DNA from: Eledone cirrhosa
Lineage: Eukaryota
Assembly (NCBI GenBank): GCA_964016885.1
Contig: OZ024744.1
Span: 123,194,001 to 123,258,000, forward strand
Direction: 5' to 3'
DNA: 64,000 nt
The translations under genes and the position numbers were made by a program. The stretch's first letter is position 1; each line of letters opens with the position of its first letter. The notes below the pieces were generated by a model that saw only the letters and a list, made by a program, of their open reading frames with translations, had not been told where the DNA came from and did not search any database. This document shows, piece by piece, positions 15,001 through 29,159 of this stretch.

Positions 15001-18000
15001 GGTACTAGGACTAACTACAGTCATTGTTAACAGACACTGGTACCTGGACTAACAACAGTCAGTGTTAACAGACACTGGTACCTGGACTAACAACAGTCAG
15101 TGTTAACAGACACTGGTACTAGCACTAAATATAATCACTGTTAAAAGACACTAGTACTAAATATAGTCACTGTTATCAGACACTGGTACTAGGACTAAAT
15201 ATAGTCAGTGTTAACAGACACTGGTACTAGGACTAACTACAGTTAGTGGTAACAGACACTGGTACTAGGACTAAATATAGTCAGTGTTAACAGACACTGG
15301 TACTAGGGCTAAATATAGTCAGTGTTAACAGGCACTAGTACTAAATATATTCACTGGTACTAGGGCTAAATATAGTCAATGTTAACAGGCACTGGTACTA
15401 AAACTAAATATAGTCACTGTTAACAGACACTGGTACTAGGACTAAATATAGATACTGTTAACAGACACTGGTACTAGCACTATCTATAGTCAGTGTTACC
15501 AGACACTGGTACTAGGACTAAATATAGTCAATGTTAACAGATACTGGTACAAGGACTAACTACAGTCAGTGTTAACAGACACTGGTACTAGGACTAACTA
15601 TAGTCACTGTTAAAAGACACTGGTACTAGGACTAAATATAGTCAGTGTTAACAGACACTAGTACTAAATATAGTCACTGTTAACAGACACTGGTACTAGG
15701 ACTAACAACAGTCAGTGTTAACAGACACTGGTACTAGGACTAACTACAGTCAGTGTTAACAGACATTGGTACTAGGACTAACTATAGTCAGTGTTAACAG
15801 ATACAGGTACTAGGACTATCTATAGTCACTGTTAACAGACACTGGTACTAGAACTAAGTATAGTCAGTGTTAACAGACACTAGTACTAGGACTAAATATA
15901 GTCATTTTTAACAGACACAGGTACTAGGACTAAATATAGTCAGTGTTAACAGATGCTGGTACTAGGACTAAATATAGTCAGTGTTAACAGATACTAGCAC
16001 TAGGACTAACTATAATCACTGTTAACAGATACTGGTACTAGGACTAAATCTTCTCAGTGTTAACAGACACTGGTAATAGTACTAAATATAGTCACTGTTA
16101 ACAGACACTGGTACTAGGACTAAATCTTCTCAGTGTTAACAGACACTGGTAATAGTACTAAATATAGTCACGGTTAAGAGGTAGTGGTACTAGGACTAAC
16201 TACAGTCAGGGGTTAACAGACACTGGGACTAGGACTAAATATAGTCACTGTTAACAGACACTGGTACTAGGACTAACTATAGTCACTTTTAATAGATACT
16301 AGTACTAGGAATAACTACAGTCAGTGTTAATAGACACTGGTACTAGCGCTAAATATAGTCAGTGTTACAGACACTGGTACTAGGGCTAAATATAGTCACT
16401 GTTAACAGGCACTGGTACTAGGACCAAATATTGTCACTGTTAACAGAAACTGGTACCTGGACTAACAACAGTCAGTGTTAACAGACACTGGTACTAGCAC
16501 TAAATATAATCACTGTTAAAAGACACTAGTACTAAATATAGTCACTGTTAACAGACACTGGTACTAGGGCGAAATATAGTCAGTGTTACAGACACTGGTA
16601 CTAGGGCTAAATATAGACACTGTTAACAGGCACTGGTACTAGGACCAAATATTGTCACTGTTAACAGAAACTGGTACCTGGACTAACAACAGTCAGTGTT
16701 AACAGACACTGGTACTAGGATTAAATATAATCACTGTTAACAGACACTAGTACTAAATATAGTCACTGTTAACAGACACTGGTACTAGGACTAACTATAG
16801 TCACTGTTAACAGATACTGGTACTAGGACTAACTATAGTCACTGTTAACAGACACTGGTACTAGAACTAACTATAGTCAGTGTTAACAGACACTGGTACT
16901 AGGACTAACTGTAGTCAGTGTTAACAGACACTGGTACTAGGACTAACTGTAGTCAGTGTTAACAGACACTGGTACTAGGACTAACTGTAGTCAGTGTTAA
17001 CAGACACTGGTACTAGGACTAAATATAGTCAGTGTTAACAAACACTGGTACTAGGACTAAATATAGTCAGTGTTAACAGACACTGGTACTAGGACTAACT
17101 GTAGTCAGTGTTAACAGATACTGGTACTAGGACTGACTATAGTCAGTGTTAACAGACACTGGTACTAGGACTAAATATAGTCAGTGTTAACAGACACTGG
17201 TACTAGGACTAACTATAGTCAGTGTTAACAGATACTGGTACTAGGACTAAATACAGTCACTATTAACAGACACTGGTACTAGGACTAAATATAGTCAGTG
17301 TTAACAGACACTGGTACTAGGACTAAATATAGTCACTGTTAACAGATACTGGTACTAGGACTAAATATAGTCACTGTTAACAGATAGTGGTACTAGGACT
17401 AAATATAGTCACTGTTAACAGATACTGGTACTAGGACTAAATATAGTCACTGTTAACAGATACTGGTACTAGGACTAACTATAGTCAGTGTTAACAGACA
17501 CTGGTACTAGGACTAACTGTAGTCAGTGTTAACAGACACTGGTACTAGGACTAACTATAGTCAGTGTTAACAGACACTGGTACTAGGACTAACTGTAGTC
17601 AGTGTTAACAGACACTGGTACTAGGACTAACTGTAGTCAGTGTTAACAGACACTGGTACTAGGACTAACTATAGTCAGTGTTAACAGACACTGGTACTAG
17701 GACTAACTACAGTCACTGTTAACAGACACTGGTACTAGGACTAACTATAGTCAGTGTTAATAGACACTGGTACTAGGACTAACTACAGTCATTGTTAACA
17801 GACACTGGTACCTGGACTAACAACAGTCAGTGTTAACAGACACTGGTACCTGGACTAACAACAGTCAGTGTTAACAGACACTGGTACTAGCACTAAATAT
17901 AATCACTGTTAAAAGACACTAGTACTAAATATAGTCACTGTTAACAGACACTGGTACTAGGACTAAATATAGTCAGTGTTAACAGACACTGGTACTAGGA

Positions 18001-21000
18001 CTAACTACAGTTAGTGGTAACAGACACTGGTACTAGGACTAAATATAGTCAGTGTTAACAGACACTGGTACTAGGGCTAAATATAGTCAGTGTTAACAGG
18101 CACTAGTACTAAATATATTCACTGGTACTAGGGCTAAATATAGTCAATGTTAACAGGCACTGGTACTAAAACTAAATATAGTCACTGTTAACAGACACTG
18201 GTACTAGGACCAAATATTGTCACTGTTAACAGAAACTGGTACCTGGACTAACAACAGTCAGTGTTAACAGACACTGGTACTAGCACTAAATATAATCACT
18301 GTTAAAAGACACTAGTACTAAATATAGTCACTGTTAACAGACACTGGTACTAGGGCGAAATATAGTCAGTGTCACAGACACTGGTACTAGGGCTAAATAT
18401 AGACACTGTTAACAGGCACTGGTACTAGGACCAAATATTGTCACTGTTAACAGAAACTGGTACCTGGACTAACAACAGTCAGTGTTAACAGACACTGGTA
18501 CTAGGATTAACTATAATCACTGTTAACAGACACTAGTACTAAATATAGTCACTGTTAACAGACACTGGTACTAGGACTAACTATAGTCACTGTTAACAGA
18601 TACTGGTACTAGGACTAACTATAGTCACTGTTAACAGACACTGGTACTAGGACTAACTATAGTCAGTGTTAACAGACACTGGTACTAGGACTAACTGTAG
18701 TCAGTGTTAACAAACACTGGTACTAGGACTAAATATAGTCAGTGTTAACAGACACTGGTACTAGGACTAACTATAGTCAGTGTTAACAGACACTGGTACT
18801 AGGACTAACTGTAGTCAGTGTTAACAGACACTGGTACTAGGACTAACTGTAGTCAGTGTTAACAGACACTGGTACTAGGACTAAATATAGTCAGTGTTAA
18901 CAAACACTGGTACTAGGACTAAATATAGTCAGTGTTAACAGACACTGGTACTAGGACTAACTGTAGTCAGTGTTAACAGATACTGGTACTAGGACTGACT
19001 ATAGTCAGTGTTAACAGACACTGGTACTAGGACTAAATATAGTCAGTGTTAACAGACACTGGTACTAGGACTAACTATAGTCAGTGTTAACAGATACTGG
19101 TACTAGGACTAAATACAGTCACTATTAACAGACACTGGTACTAGGACTAAATATAGTCAGTGTTAATAGACACTGGTACTAGGAGTAAATATAGTCACTG
19201 TTAACAGATACTGGTACTAGGACTAAATATAGTCACTGTTAACAGATACTGGTACTAGGACTAAATATAGTCACTGTTAACAGATAGTGGTACTAGGACT
19301 AAATATAGTCACTGTTAACAGATACTGGTACTAGGACTAAATATAGTCACTGTTAACAGATACTGGTACTAGGACTAACTATAGTCAGTGTTAACAGACA
19401 CTGGTACTAGGACTAACTGTAGTCAGTGTTAACAGACACTGGTACTAGGACTAACTATAGTCAGTGTTAACAGACACTGGTACTAGGACTAACTGTAATC
19501 AGTGTTAACAGACACTGGTACTAGGACTTACTGTAGTCAGTGTTAACAGACACTGGTACTAGGACTAACTATAGTCAGTGTTAACAGACACTGGTACTAG
19601 GACTAACTACAGTCACTGTTAACAGACACTGGTACTAGGACTAACTATAGTCAGTGTTAATAGACACTGGTACTAGGACTAACTACAGTCATTGTTAACA
19701 GACACTGGTACCTGGACTAACAACAGTCAGTGTTAACAGACACTGGTACCTGGACTAACAACAGTCAGTGTTAACAGACACTGGTACTAGCACTAAATAT
19801 AATCACTGTTAAAAGACACTAGTACTAAATATAGTCACTGTTAACAGACACTGGTACTAGGACTAAATATAGTCAGTGTTAACAGACACTGGTACTAGGA
19901 CTAACTACAGTTAGTGGTAACAGACACTGGTACTAGGACTAAATATAGTCAGTGTTAACAGACACTGGTACTAGGGCTAAATATAGTCAGTGTTAACAGG
20001 CACTAGTACTAAATATATTCACTGGTACTAGGGCTAAATATAGTCAATGTTAACAGGCACTGGTACTAAAACTAAATATAGTCACTGTTAACAGACACTG
20101 GTACTAGGACTAAATATAGTTACTGTTAACAGACACTGGTACTAGCACTATCTATAGTCAGTGTTACCAGACACTGGTACTAGGACTAAATATAGTCAAT
20201 GTTAACAGATACTGGTACAAGGACTAACTACAGTCAGTGTTAACAGACACTGGTACTAGGACTAACTATAGTCACTGTTAAAAGACACTGGTACTAGGAC
20301 TAAATATAGTCAGTGTTAACAGACACTAGTACTAAATATAGTCACTGTTAACAGACACTGGTACTAGGACTAACAACAGTCAGTGTTAACAGACACTGGT
20401 ACTAGGACTAACTACAGTCAGTGTTAACAGACATTGGTACTAGGACTAACTATAGTCAGTGTTAACAGATACAGGTACTAGGACTATCTATAGTCACTGT
20501 TAACAGACACTGGTACTAGAACTAAGTATAGTCAGTGTTAACAGACACTAGTACTAGGACTAAATATAGTCATTTTTAACAGACACAGGTACTAGGACTA
20601 AATATAGTCAGTGTTAACAGATGCTGGTACTAGGACTAAATATAGTCAGTGTTAACAGATACTAGCACTAGGACTAACTATAATCACTGTTAACAGATAC
20701 TGGTACTAGGACTAAATCTTCTCAGTGTTAACAGACACTGGTAATAGTACTAAATATAGTCACTGTTAACAGACACTGGTACTAGGACTAAATCTTCTCA
20801 GTGTTAACAGACACTGGTAATAGTACTAAATATAGTCACGGTTAAGAGGTAGTGGTACTAGGACTAACTACAGTCAGGGGTTAACAGACACTGGGACTAG
20901 GACTAAATATAGTCACTGTTAACAGACACTGGTACTAGGACTAACTATAGTCACTTTTAATAGATACTAGTACTAGGAATAACTACAGTCAGTGTTAATA

Positions 21001-24000
21001 GACACTGGTACTAGCGCTAAATATAGTCAGTGTTACAGACACTGGTACTAGGGCTAAATATAGTCACTGTTAACAGGCACTGGTACTAGGACCAAATATT
21101 GTCACTGTTAACAGAAACTGGTACCTGGACTAACAACAGTCAGTGTTAACAGACACTGGTACTAGCACTAAATATAATCACTGTTAAAAGACACTAGTAC
21201 TAAATATAGTCACTGTTAACAGACACTGGTACTAGGGCGAAATATAGTCAGTGTTACAGACACTGGTACTAGGGCTAAATATAGACACTGTTAACAGGCA
21301 CTGGTACTAGGACCAAATATTGTCACTGTTAACAGAAACTGGTACCTGGACTAACAACAGTCAGTGTTAACAGACACTGGTACTAGGATTAAATATAATC
21401 ACTGTTAACAGACACTAGTACTAAATATAGTCACTGTTAACAGACACTGGTACTAGGACTAACTATAGTCACTGTTAACAGATACTGGTACTAGGACTAA
21501 CTATAGTCACTGTTAACAGACACTGGTACTAGAACTAACTATAGTCAGTGTTAACAGACACTGGTACTAGGACTAACTGTAGTCAGTGTTAACAGACACT
21601 GGTACTAGGACTAACTGTAGTCAGTGTTAACAGACACTGGTACTAGGACTAACTGTAGTCAGTGTTAACAGACACTGGTACTAGGACTAAATATAGTCAG
21701 TGTTAACAAACACTGGTACTAGGACTAAATATAGTCAGTGTTAACAGACACTGGTACTAGGACTAACTGTAGTCAGTGTTAACAGATACTGGTACTAGGA
21801 CTGACTATAGTCAGTGTTAACAGACACTGGTACTAGGACTAAATATAGTCAGTGTTAACAGACACTGGTACTAGGACTAACTATAGTCAGTGTTAACAGA
21901 TACTGGTACTAGGACTAAATACAGTCACTATTAACAGACACTGGTACTAGGACTAAATATAGTCAGTGTTAACAGACACTGGTACTAGGACTAAATATAG
22001 TCACTGTTAACAGATACTGGTACTAGGACTAAATATAGTCACTGTTAACAGATAGTGGTACTAGGACTAAATATAGTCACTGTTAACAGATACTGGTACT
22101 AGGACTAAATATAGTCACTGTTAACAGATACTGGTACTAGGACTAACTATAGTCAGTGTTAACAGACACTGGTACTAGGACTAACTGTAGTCAGTGTTAA
22201 CAGACACTGGTACTAGGACTAACTATAGTCAGTGTTAACAGACACTGGTACTAGGACTAACTGTAGTCAGTGTTAACAGACACTGGTACTAGGACTAACT
22301 GTAGTCAGTGTTAACAGACACTGGTACTAGGACTAACTATAGTCAGTGTTAACAGACACTGGTACTAGGACTAACTACAGTCACTGTTAACAGACACTGG
22401 TACTAGGACTAACTATAGTCAGTGTTAATAGACACTGGTACTAGGACTAACTACAGTCATTGTTAACAGACACTGGTACCTGGACTAACAACAGTCAGTG
22501 TTAACAGACACTGGTACCTGGACTAACAACAGTCAGTGTTAACAGACACTGGTACTAGCACTAAATATAATCACTGTTAAAAGACACTAGTACTAAATAT
22601 AGTCACTGTTAACAGACACTGGTACTAGGACTAAATATAGTCAGTGTTAACAGACACTGGTACTAGGACTAACTACAGTTAGTGGTAACAGACACTGGTA
22701 CTAGGACTAAATATAGTCAGTGTTAACAAACACTGGTACTAGGGCTAAATATAGTCAGTGTTAACAGGCACTAGTACTAAATATATTCACTGGTACTAGG
22801 GCTAAATATAGTCAATGTTAACAGGCACTGGTACTAAAACTAAATATAGTCACTGTTAACAGACACTGGTACTAGGACTAAATATAGTTACTGTTAACAG
22901 ACACTGGTACTAGCACTATCTATAGTCAGTGTTACCAGACACTGGTACTAGGACTAAATATAGTCAATGTTAACAGATACTGGTACAAGGACTAACTACA
23001 GTCAGTGTTAACAGACACTGGTACTAGGACTAACTATAGTCACTGTTAAAAGACACTGGTACTAGGACTAAATATAGTCAGTGTTAACAGACACTAGTAC
23101 TAAATATAGTCACTGTTAACAGACACTGGTACTAGGACTAACTACAGTCAGTGTTAACAGACACTGGTACTAGGACTAACTACAGTCAGTGTTAACAGAC
23201 ATTGGTACTAGGACTAACTATAGTCAGTGTTAACAGATACAGGTACTAGGACTATCTATAGTCACTGTTAACAGACACTGGTACTAGAACTAAGTATAGT
23301 CAGTGTTAACAGACACTAGTACTAGGACTAAATATAGTCATTTTTAACAGACACAGGTACTAGGACTAAATATAGTCAGTGTTAACAGATGCTGGTACTA
23401 GGACTAAATATAGTCAGTGTTAACAGATACTAGCACTAGGACTAACTATAATCACTGTTAACAGATACTGGTACTAGGACTAAATCTTCTCAGTGTTAAC
23501 AGACACTGGTAATAGTACTAAATATAGTCACTGTTAACAGACACTGGTACTAGGACTAAATCTTCTCAGTGTTAACAGACACTGGTAATAGTACTAAATA
23601 TAGTCACGGTTAAGAGGTAGTGGTACTAGGACTAACTACAGTCAGGGGTTAACAGACACTGGGACTAGGACTAAATATAGTCACTGTTAACAGACACTGG
23701 TACTAGGACTAACTATAGTCACTTTTAATAGATACTAGTACTAGGAATAACTACAGTCAGTGTTAATAGACACTGGTACTAGCGCTAAATATAGTCAGTG
23801 TTACAGACACTGGTACTAGGGCTAAATATAGTCACTGTTAACAGGCACTGGTACTAGGACCAAATATTGTCACTGTTAACAGAAACTGGTACCTGGACTA
23901 ACAACAGTCAGTGTTAACAGACACTGGTACTAGCACTAAATATAATCACTGTTAAAAGACACTAGTACTAAATATAGTCACTGTTAACAGACACTGGTAC

Positions 24001-27000
24001 TAGGGCGAAATATAGTCAGTGTTACAGACACTGGTACTAGGGCTAAATATAGACACTGTTAACAGGCACTGGTACTAGGACCAAATATTGTCACTGTTAA
24101 CAGAAACTGGTACCTGGACTAACAACAGTCAGTGTTAACAGACACTGGTACTAGGATTAAATATAATCACTGTTAACAGACACTAGTACTAAATATAGTC
24201 ACTGTTAACAGACACTGGTACTAGGACTAACTATAGTCACTGTTAACAGATACTGGTACTAGGACTAACTATAGTCACTGTTAACAGACACTGGTACTAG
24301 GACTAACTATAGTCAGTGTTAACAGACACTGGTACTAGGACTAACTGTAGTCAGTGTTAACAGACACTGGTACTAGGACTAACTGTAGTCAGTGTTAACA
24401 GACACTGGTACTAGGACTAACTGTAGTCAGTGTTAACAGACACTGGTACTAGGACTAAATATAGTCAGTGTTAACAAACACTGGTACTAGGACTAAATAT
24501 AGTCAGTGTTAACAGACACTGGTACTAGGACTAACTGTAGTCAGTGTTAACAGATACTGGTACTAGGACTGACTATAGTCAGTGTTAACAGACACTGGTA
24601 CTAGGACTAAATATAGTCAGTGTTAACAGACACTGGTACTAGGACTAACTATAGTCAGTGTTAACAGATACTGGTACTAGGACTAAATACAGTCACTATT
24701 AACAGACACTGGTACTAGGACTAAATATAGTCAGTGTTAACAGACACTGGTACTAGGACTAAATATAGTCACTGTTAACAGATACTGGTACTAGGACTAA
24801 ATATAGTCACTGTTAACAGATAGTGGTACTAGGACTAAATATAGTCACTGTTAACAGACACTGGTACTAGGACTAACTGTAGTCAGTGTTAACAGACACT
24901 GGTACTAGGACTAACTATAGTCAGTGTTAACAGACACTGGTACTAGGACTAACTACAGTCACTGTTAACAGACACTGGTACTAGGACTAACTATAGTCAG
25001 TGTTAATAGACACTGGTAGTAGGACTAACTACAGTCATTGTTAACAGACACTGGTACCTGGACTAACAACAGTCAGTGTTAACAGACACTGGTACCTGGA
25101 CTAACAACAGTCAGTGTTAACAGACACTGGTACTAGCACTAAATATAATCACTGTTAAAAGACACTAGTACTAAATATAGTCACTGTTAACAGACACTGG
25201 TACTAGGACTAAATATAGTCAGTGTTAACAGACACTGGTACTAGGACTAACTACAGTTAGTGGTAACAGACACTGGTACTAGGACTAAATATAGTCAGTG
25301 TTAACAGACACTGGTACTAGGGCTAAATATAGTCAGTGTTAACAGGCACTAGTACTAAATATATTCACTGGTACTAGGGCTAAATATAGTCAATGTTAAC
25401 AGGCACTGGTACTAAAACTAAATATAGTCACTGTTAACAGACACTGGTACTAGGACTAAATATAGTTACTGTTAACAGACACTGGTACTAGCACTATCTA
25501 TAGTCAGTGTTACCAGACACTGGTACTAGGACTAAATATAGTCAATGTTAACAGATACTGGTACAAGGACTAACTACAGTCAGTGTTAACAGACACTGGT
25601 ACTAGGACTAACTATAGTCACTGTTAAAAGACACTGGTACTAGGACTAAATATAGTCAGTGTTAACAGACACTAGTACTAAATATAGTCACTGTTAACAG
25701 ACACTGGTACTAGGACTAACTACAGTCAGTGTTAACAGACACTGGTACTAGGACTAACTACAGTCAGTGTTAACAGACATTGGTACTAGGACTAACTATA
25801 GTCAGTGTTAACAGATACAGGTACTAGGACTATCTATAGTCACTGTTAACAGACACTGGTACTAGAACTAAGTATAGTCAGTGTTAACAGACACTAGTAC
25901 TAGGACTAAATATAGTCATTTTTAACAGACACAGGTACTAGGACTAAATATAGTCAGTGTTAACAGATGCTGGTACTAGGACTAAATATAGTCAGTGTTA
26001 ACAGATACTAGCACTAGGACTAACTATAATCACTGTTAACAGACACTGGTACTAGGACTAAATCTTTTCAGTGTTAACAGACACTGGTAATAGTACTAAA
26101 TATAGTCACTGTTAACAGACACTGGTACTAGGACTAAATCTTCTCAGTGTTAACAGACACTGGTAATAGTACTAAATATAGTCACGGTTAAGAGGTAGTG
26201 GTACTAGGACTAACTACAGTCAGGGGTTAACAGACACTGGGACTAGGACTAAATATAGTCACTGTTAACAGACACTGGTACTAGGACTAACTATAGTCAC
26301 TTTTAATAGATACTAGTACTAGGAATAACTACAGTCAGTGTTAACAGACACTGGTACTAGCGCTAAATATAGTCAGTGTTACAGACACTGGTACTGGGGC
26401 TAAATATAGTCACTGTTAACAGGCACTGGTACTAGGACCAAATATTGTCACTGTTAACAGAAACTGGTACCTGGACTAACAACAGTCAGTGTTAACAGAC
26501 ACTGGTACTAGCACTAAATATAATCACTGTTAAAAGACACTAGTACTAAATATAGTCACTGTTAACAGACACTGGTACTAGGGCGAAATATAGTCAGTGT
26601 TACAGACACTGGTACTAGGGCTAAATATAGTCACTGTTAACAGGCACTGGTACTAGGACCAAATATTGTCACTGTTAACAGAAACTGGTACCTGGACTAA
26701 CACCAGTCAGTGTTAACAGACACTGGTACTAGGATTAAATATAATCACTGTTAACAGACACTAGTACTAAATATAGTCACTGTTAACAGACACTGGTACT
26801 AGGACTAACTATAGTCACTGTTAACAGATACTGGTACTAGGACTAACTATAGTCACTGATAACAGACACTGGTACTAGGACTAACTGTAGTCAGTGTTAA
26901 CAGACACTGGTACTAGGACTAACTGTAGTCAGTGTTAACAGACACTGGTACTAGGACTAACTGTAGTCAGTGTTAACAAACACTGGTACTAGGACTAAAT

Positions 27001-28226
27001 ATAGTCAGTGTTAACAGACACTGGTACTAGGACTAACTATAGTCAGTGTTAACAGACACTGGTACTAGGACTAACTGTAGTCAGTGTTAACAGACACTGG
27101 TACTAGGACTAACTGTAGTCAGTGTTAACAGACACTGGTACTAGGACTAAATATAGTCAGTGTTAACAAACACTGGTACTAGGACTAAATATAGTCAATG
27201 TTAACAGACACTGGTACTAGGACTAACTGTAGTCAGTGTTAACATATACTGGTACTAGGACTGACTATAGTCAGTGTTAACAGACACTGGTACTAGGACT
27301 AAATATAGTCAGTGTTAACAGACACTGGTACTAGGACTAACTATAGTCAGTGTTAACAGATACTGGTACTAGGACTAAATACAGTCACTATTAACAGACA
27401 CTGGTACTAGGACTAAATATAGTCACTGTTAACAGATACTGGTACTAGGCCTAAATATAGTCACTGTTAACAGATACTGGTACTAGGACTAAATATAGTC
27501 ACTGTTAACAGATACTGGTACTAGGACTAAATATAGTCACTGTTAACAGATACTGGTACTAGGACTAAATATAGTCACTGTTAACAGATACTGGTACTAG
27601 GACTAACTATAGTCAGTGTTAACAGACACTGGTACTAGGACTAACTGTAGTCAGTGTTAACAGACACTGGTACTAGGACTAACTATAGTCAGTGTTAACA
27701 GACACTGGTACTAGGACTAACCGTAGTCAGTGTTAACAGACACTGGTACTAGGACTAACTGTAGTCAGTGTTAACAGACACTGGTACTAGGACTAACTAT
27801 AGTCAGTGTTAACAGACACTGGTACTAGGACTAACTACAGTCACTGTTAACAGACACTGGTACTAGGACTAACTATAGTCAGTGTTAATAGACACTGGTA
27901 CTAGGACTAACTACAGTCATTGTTAACTGACACTGGTACTAGGACTAACTGTAGTCAGTGTTAACAGACACTGGTACTAGGACTAAATATAGTCAGTGTT
28001 ATTAGACACTGGTACTAGGACTAAATATAATCACTGTTAACAGACACTGGTACTAGGACTAAATATAGTCACTGTTAACAGACACTGGTACTGGGACTAA
28101 CTATAGTCAATGTTAACAGACACTGGTACTAGGACTAAATCTACTCAGTGTTAACAGACACTGGTACTAGGACTAACTACAGTCAATACTAACAGACACT
28201 GGTACTAGGACTAACTACAGTCAGTG
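1..28226. repeat. Satellite DNA array, 38-bp monomer (consensus ~GTTAACAGACACTGGTACTAGGACTAAMTATAGTCASt), about 750 monomers, with higher-order repeats; runs off the window start
   Basis: CTGGTACTAG recurs at 61, 99, etc. (38-bp period) continuously to ~28226. No ORFs in the track; variant monomers recur in ordered blocks. Confidence 0.98.
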
Positions 28227-28369
28227 GATTTTAACAAATCAATCAATGAGACCCATTCAGATTGTTAAGTCCAAAATATTTTTTTGTTAAAACCAAGAAA
28301 CCGAAACATTGTTACTTAAACAAAATATAGTGCTACTACTTGAAATTTTCTTCTCTATGTCAAATTGTT

Positions 28370-28375
28370 TTTATT
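28370..28375 (-). promoter_or_regulatory. Candidate polyadenylation signal (AATAAA) of the AIP gene
   Basis: TTTATT on + strand ~130 bp downstream of the AIP stop codon in an AT-rich 3' UTR. A second AATAAA lies at ~28493-28498, right after the stop. Confidence 0.45.
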
Positions 28376-28502
28376 TGAAAGTTGTGACAAAAATATGTAC
28401 AAATCCAGAATCAGCTAATTTATCTTTTGAAATAAGTAACATTTTTTAATTATGAGATATATTTCTTTTGTTTTAAAAAATATAGAAGTCCTTTTTATTA
28501 AA

Positions 28503-28708
28503 TTAGCTGAATATTTTTCCTCTCAATTTCTCACGATCTTCGTCATCTCTCTCTTTCTGCATCTGTTCCAGCTGTTTCAGCTCCTTACGGACTCCTTTTG
28601 TCAAACTACTATCAAGTTTTATAACTCGTTCTAAATCATGTTTGGCGGCTTCGGGGTTCCAAGATCCAATGTAAGCTTTCCCTCTTCGAAAAAGAGCTTT
28701 CACATTGT
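28503..28708 (-). CDS. AIP: AIP-like protein, terminal coding exon (TPR3 and C-terminal helix)
   Basis: Acceptor tttcag|AC at 28709-28710. Translates (D)NVKALFRRGKAYIGSWNPEAAKHDLERVIKLDSSLTKGVRKELKQLEQMQKERDDEDREKLRGKIFS*, closely resembling the AIP C-terminus (DNVKAYFKRGKAH...DEEDKARFRGIFSH). Phase fits the upstream exon (G+AC=Asp). Confidence 0.92.
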
Positions 28709-29159
28709 CTGAAATATATAAGATTTTGGTTTTACTTGATTAACAAGTCAGATGAGCAGATCAGAAGCTGGAGTTAGGTCTATAACATTTATATAGATCC
28801 TGAGTCACCCATCTGTGAAACTGTCGTAACTCTGTATCTTTATATATATAAAAGCGAGGATGTGTGTGTGTCTCTGTACAACTTGACATGCATAAGGCTT
28901 TCACAATTACCAACTGAATTTGACCAAATTTTTTGTGCACGTTGCACAGGTTGATAAGATTGTCACATCACAAACATTTTTCAAATCGACCCACGTTGAA
29001 CAATAAAAAATCGATATCAAAATTATCGGTAGAAAAATTGATGTAAGGGAGATAACAAACTTTATTGACAATCCTTATAAAAAAGAGAGATAACATACTT
29101 TTCAATATAAACATCACATTCATTTGATTGACGAGATTTTGATGATGGTTTTACACAAA

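Noticed and set aside
1-28226. CRISPR-like array of ~38-bp palindromic repeats
   Set aside because: No unique spacers, no cas genes and a spliced eukaryotic context; it is a tandem satellite.
28452-28634. 60-aa plus-strand ORF
   Set aside because: Antisense shadow of the AIP terminal exon.
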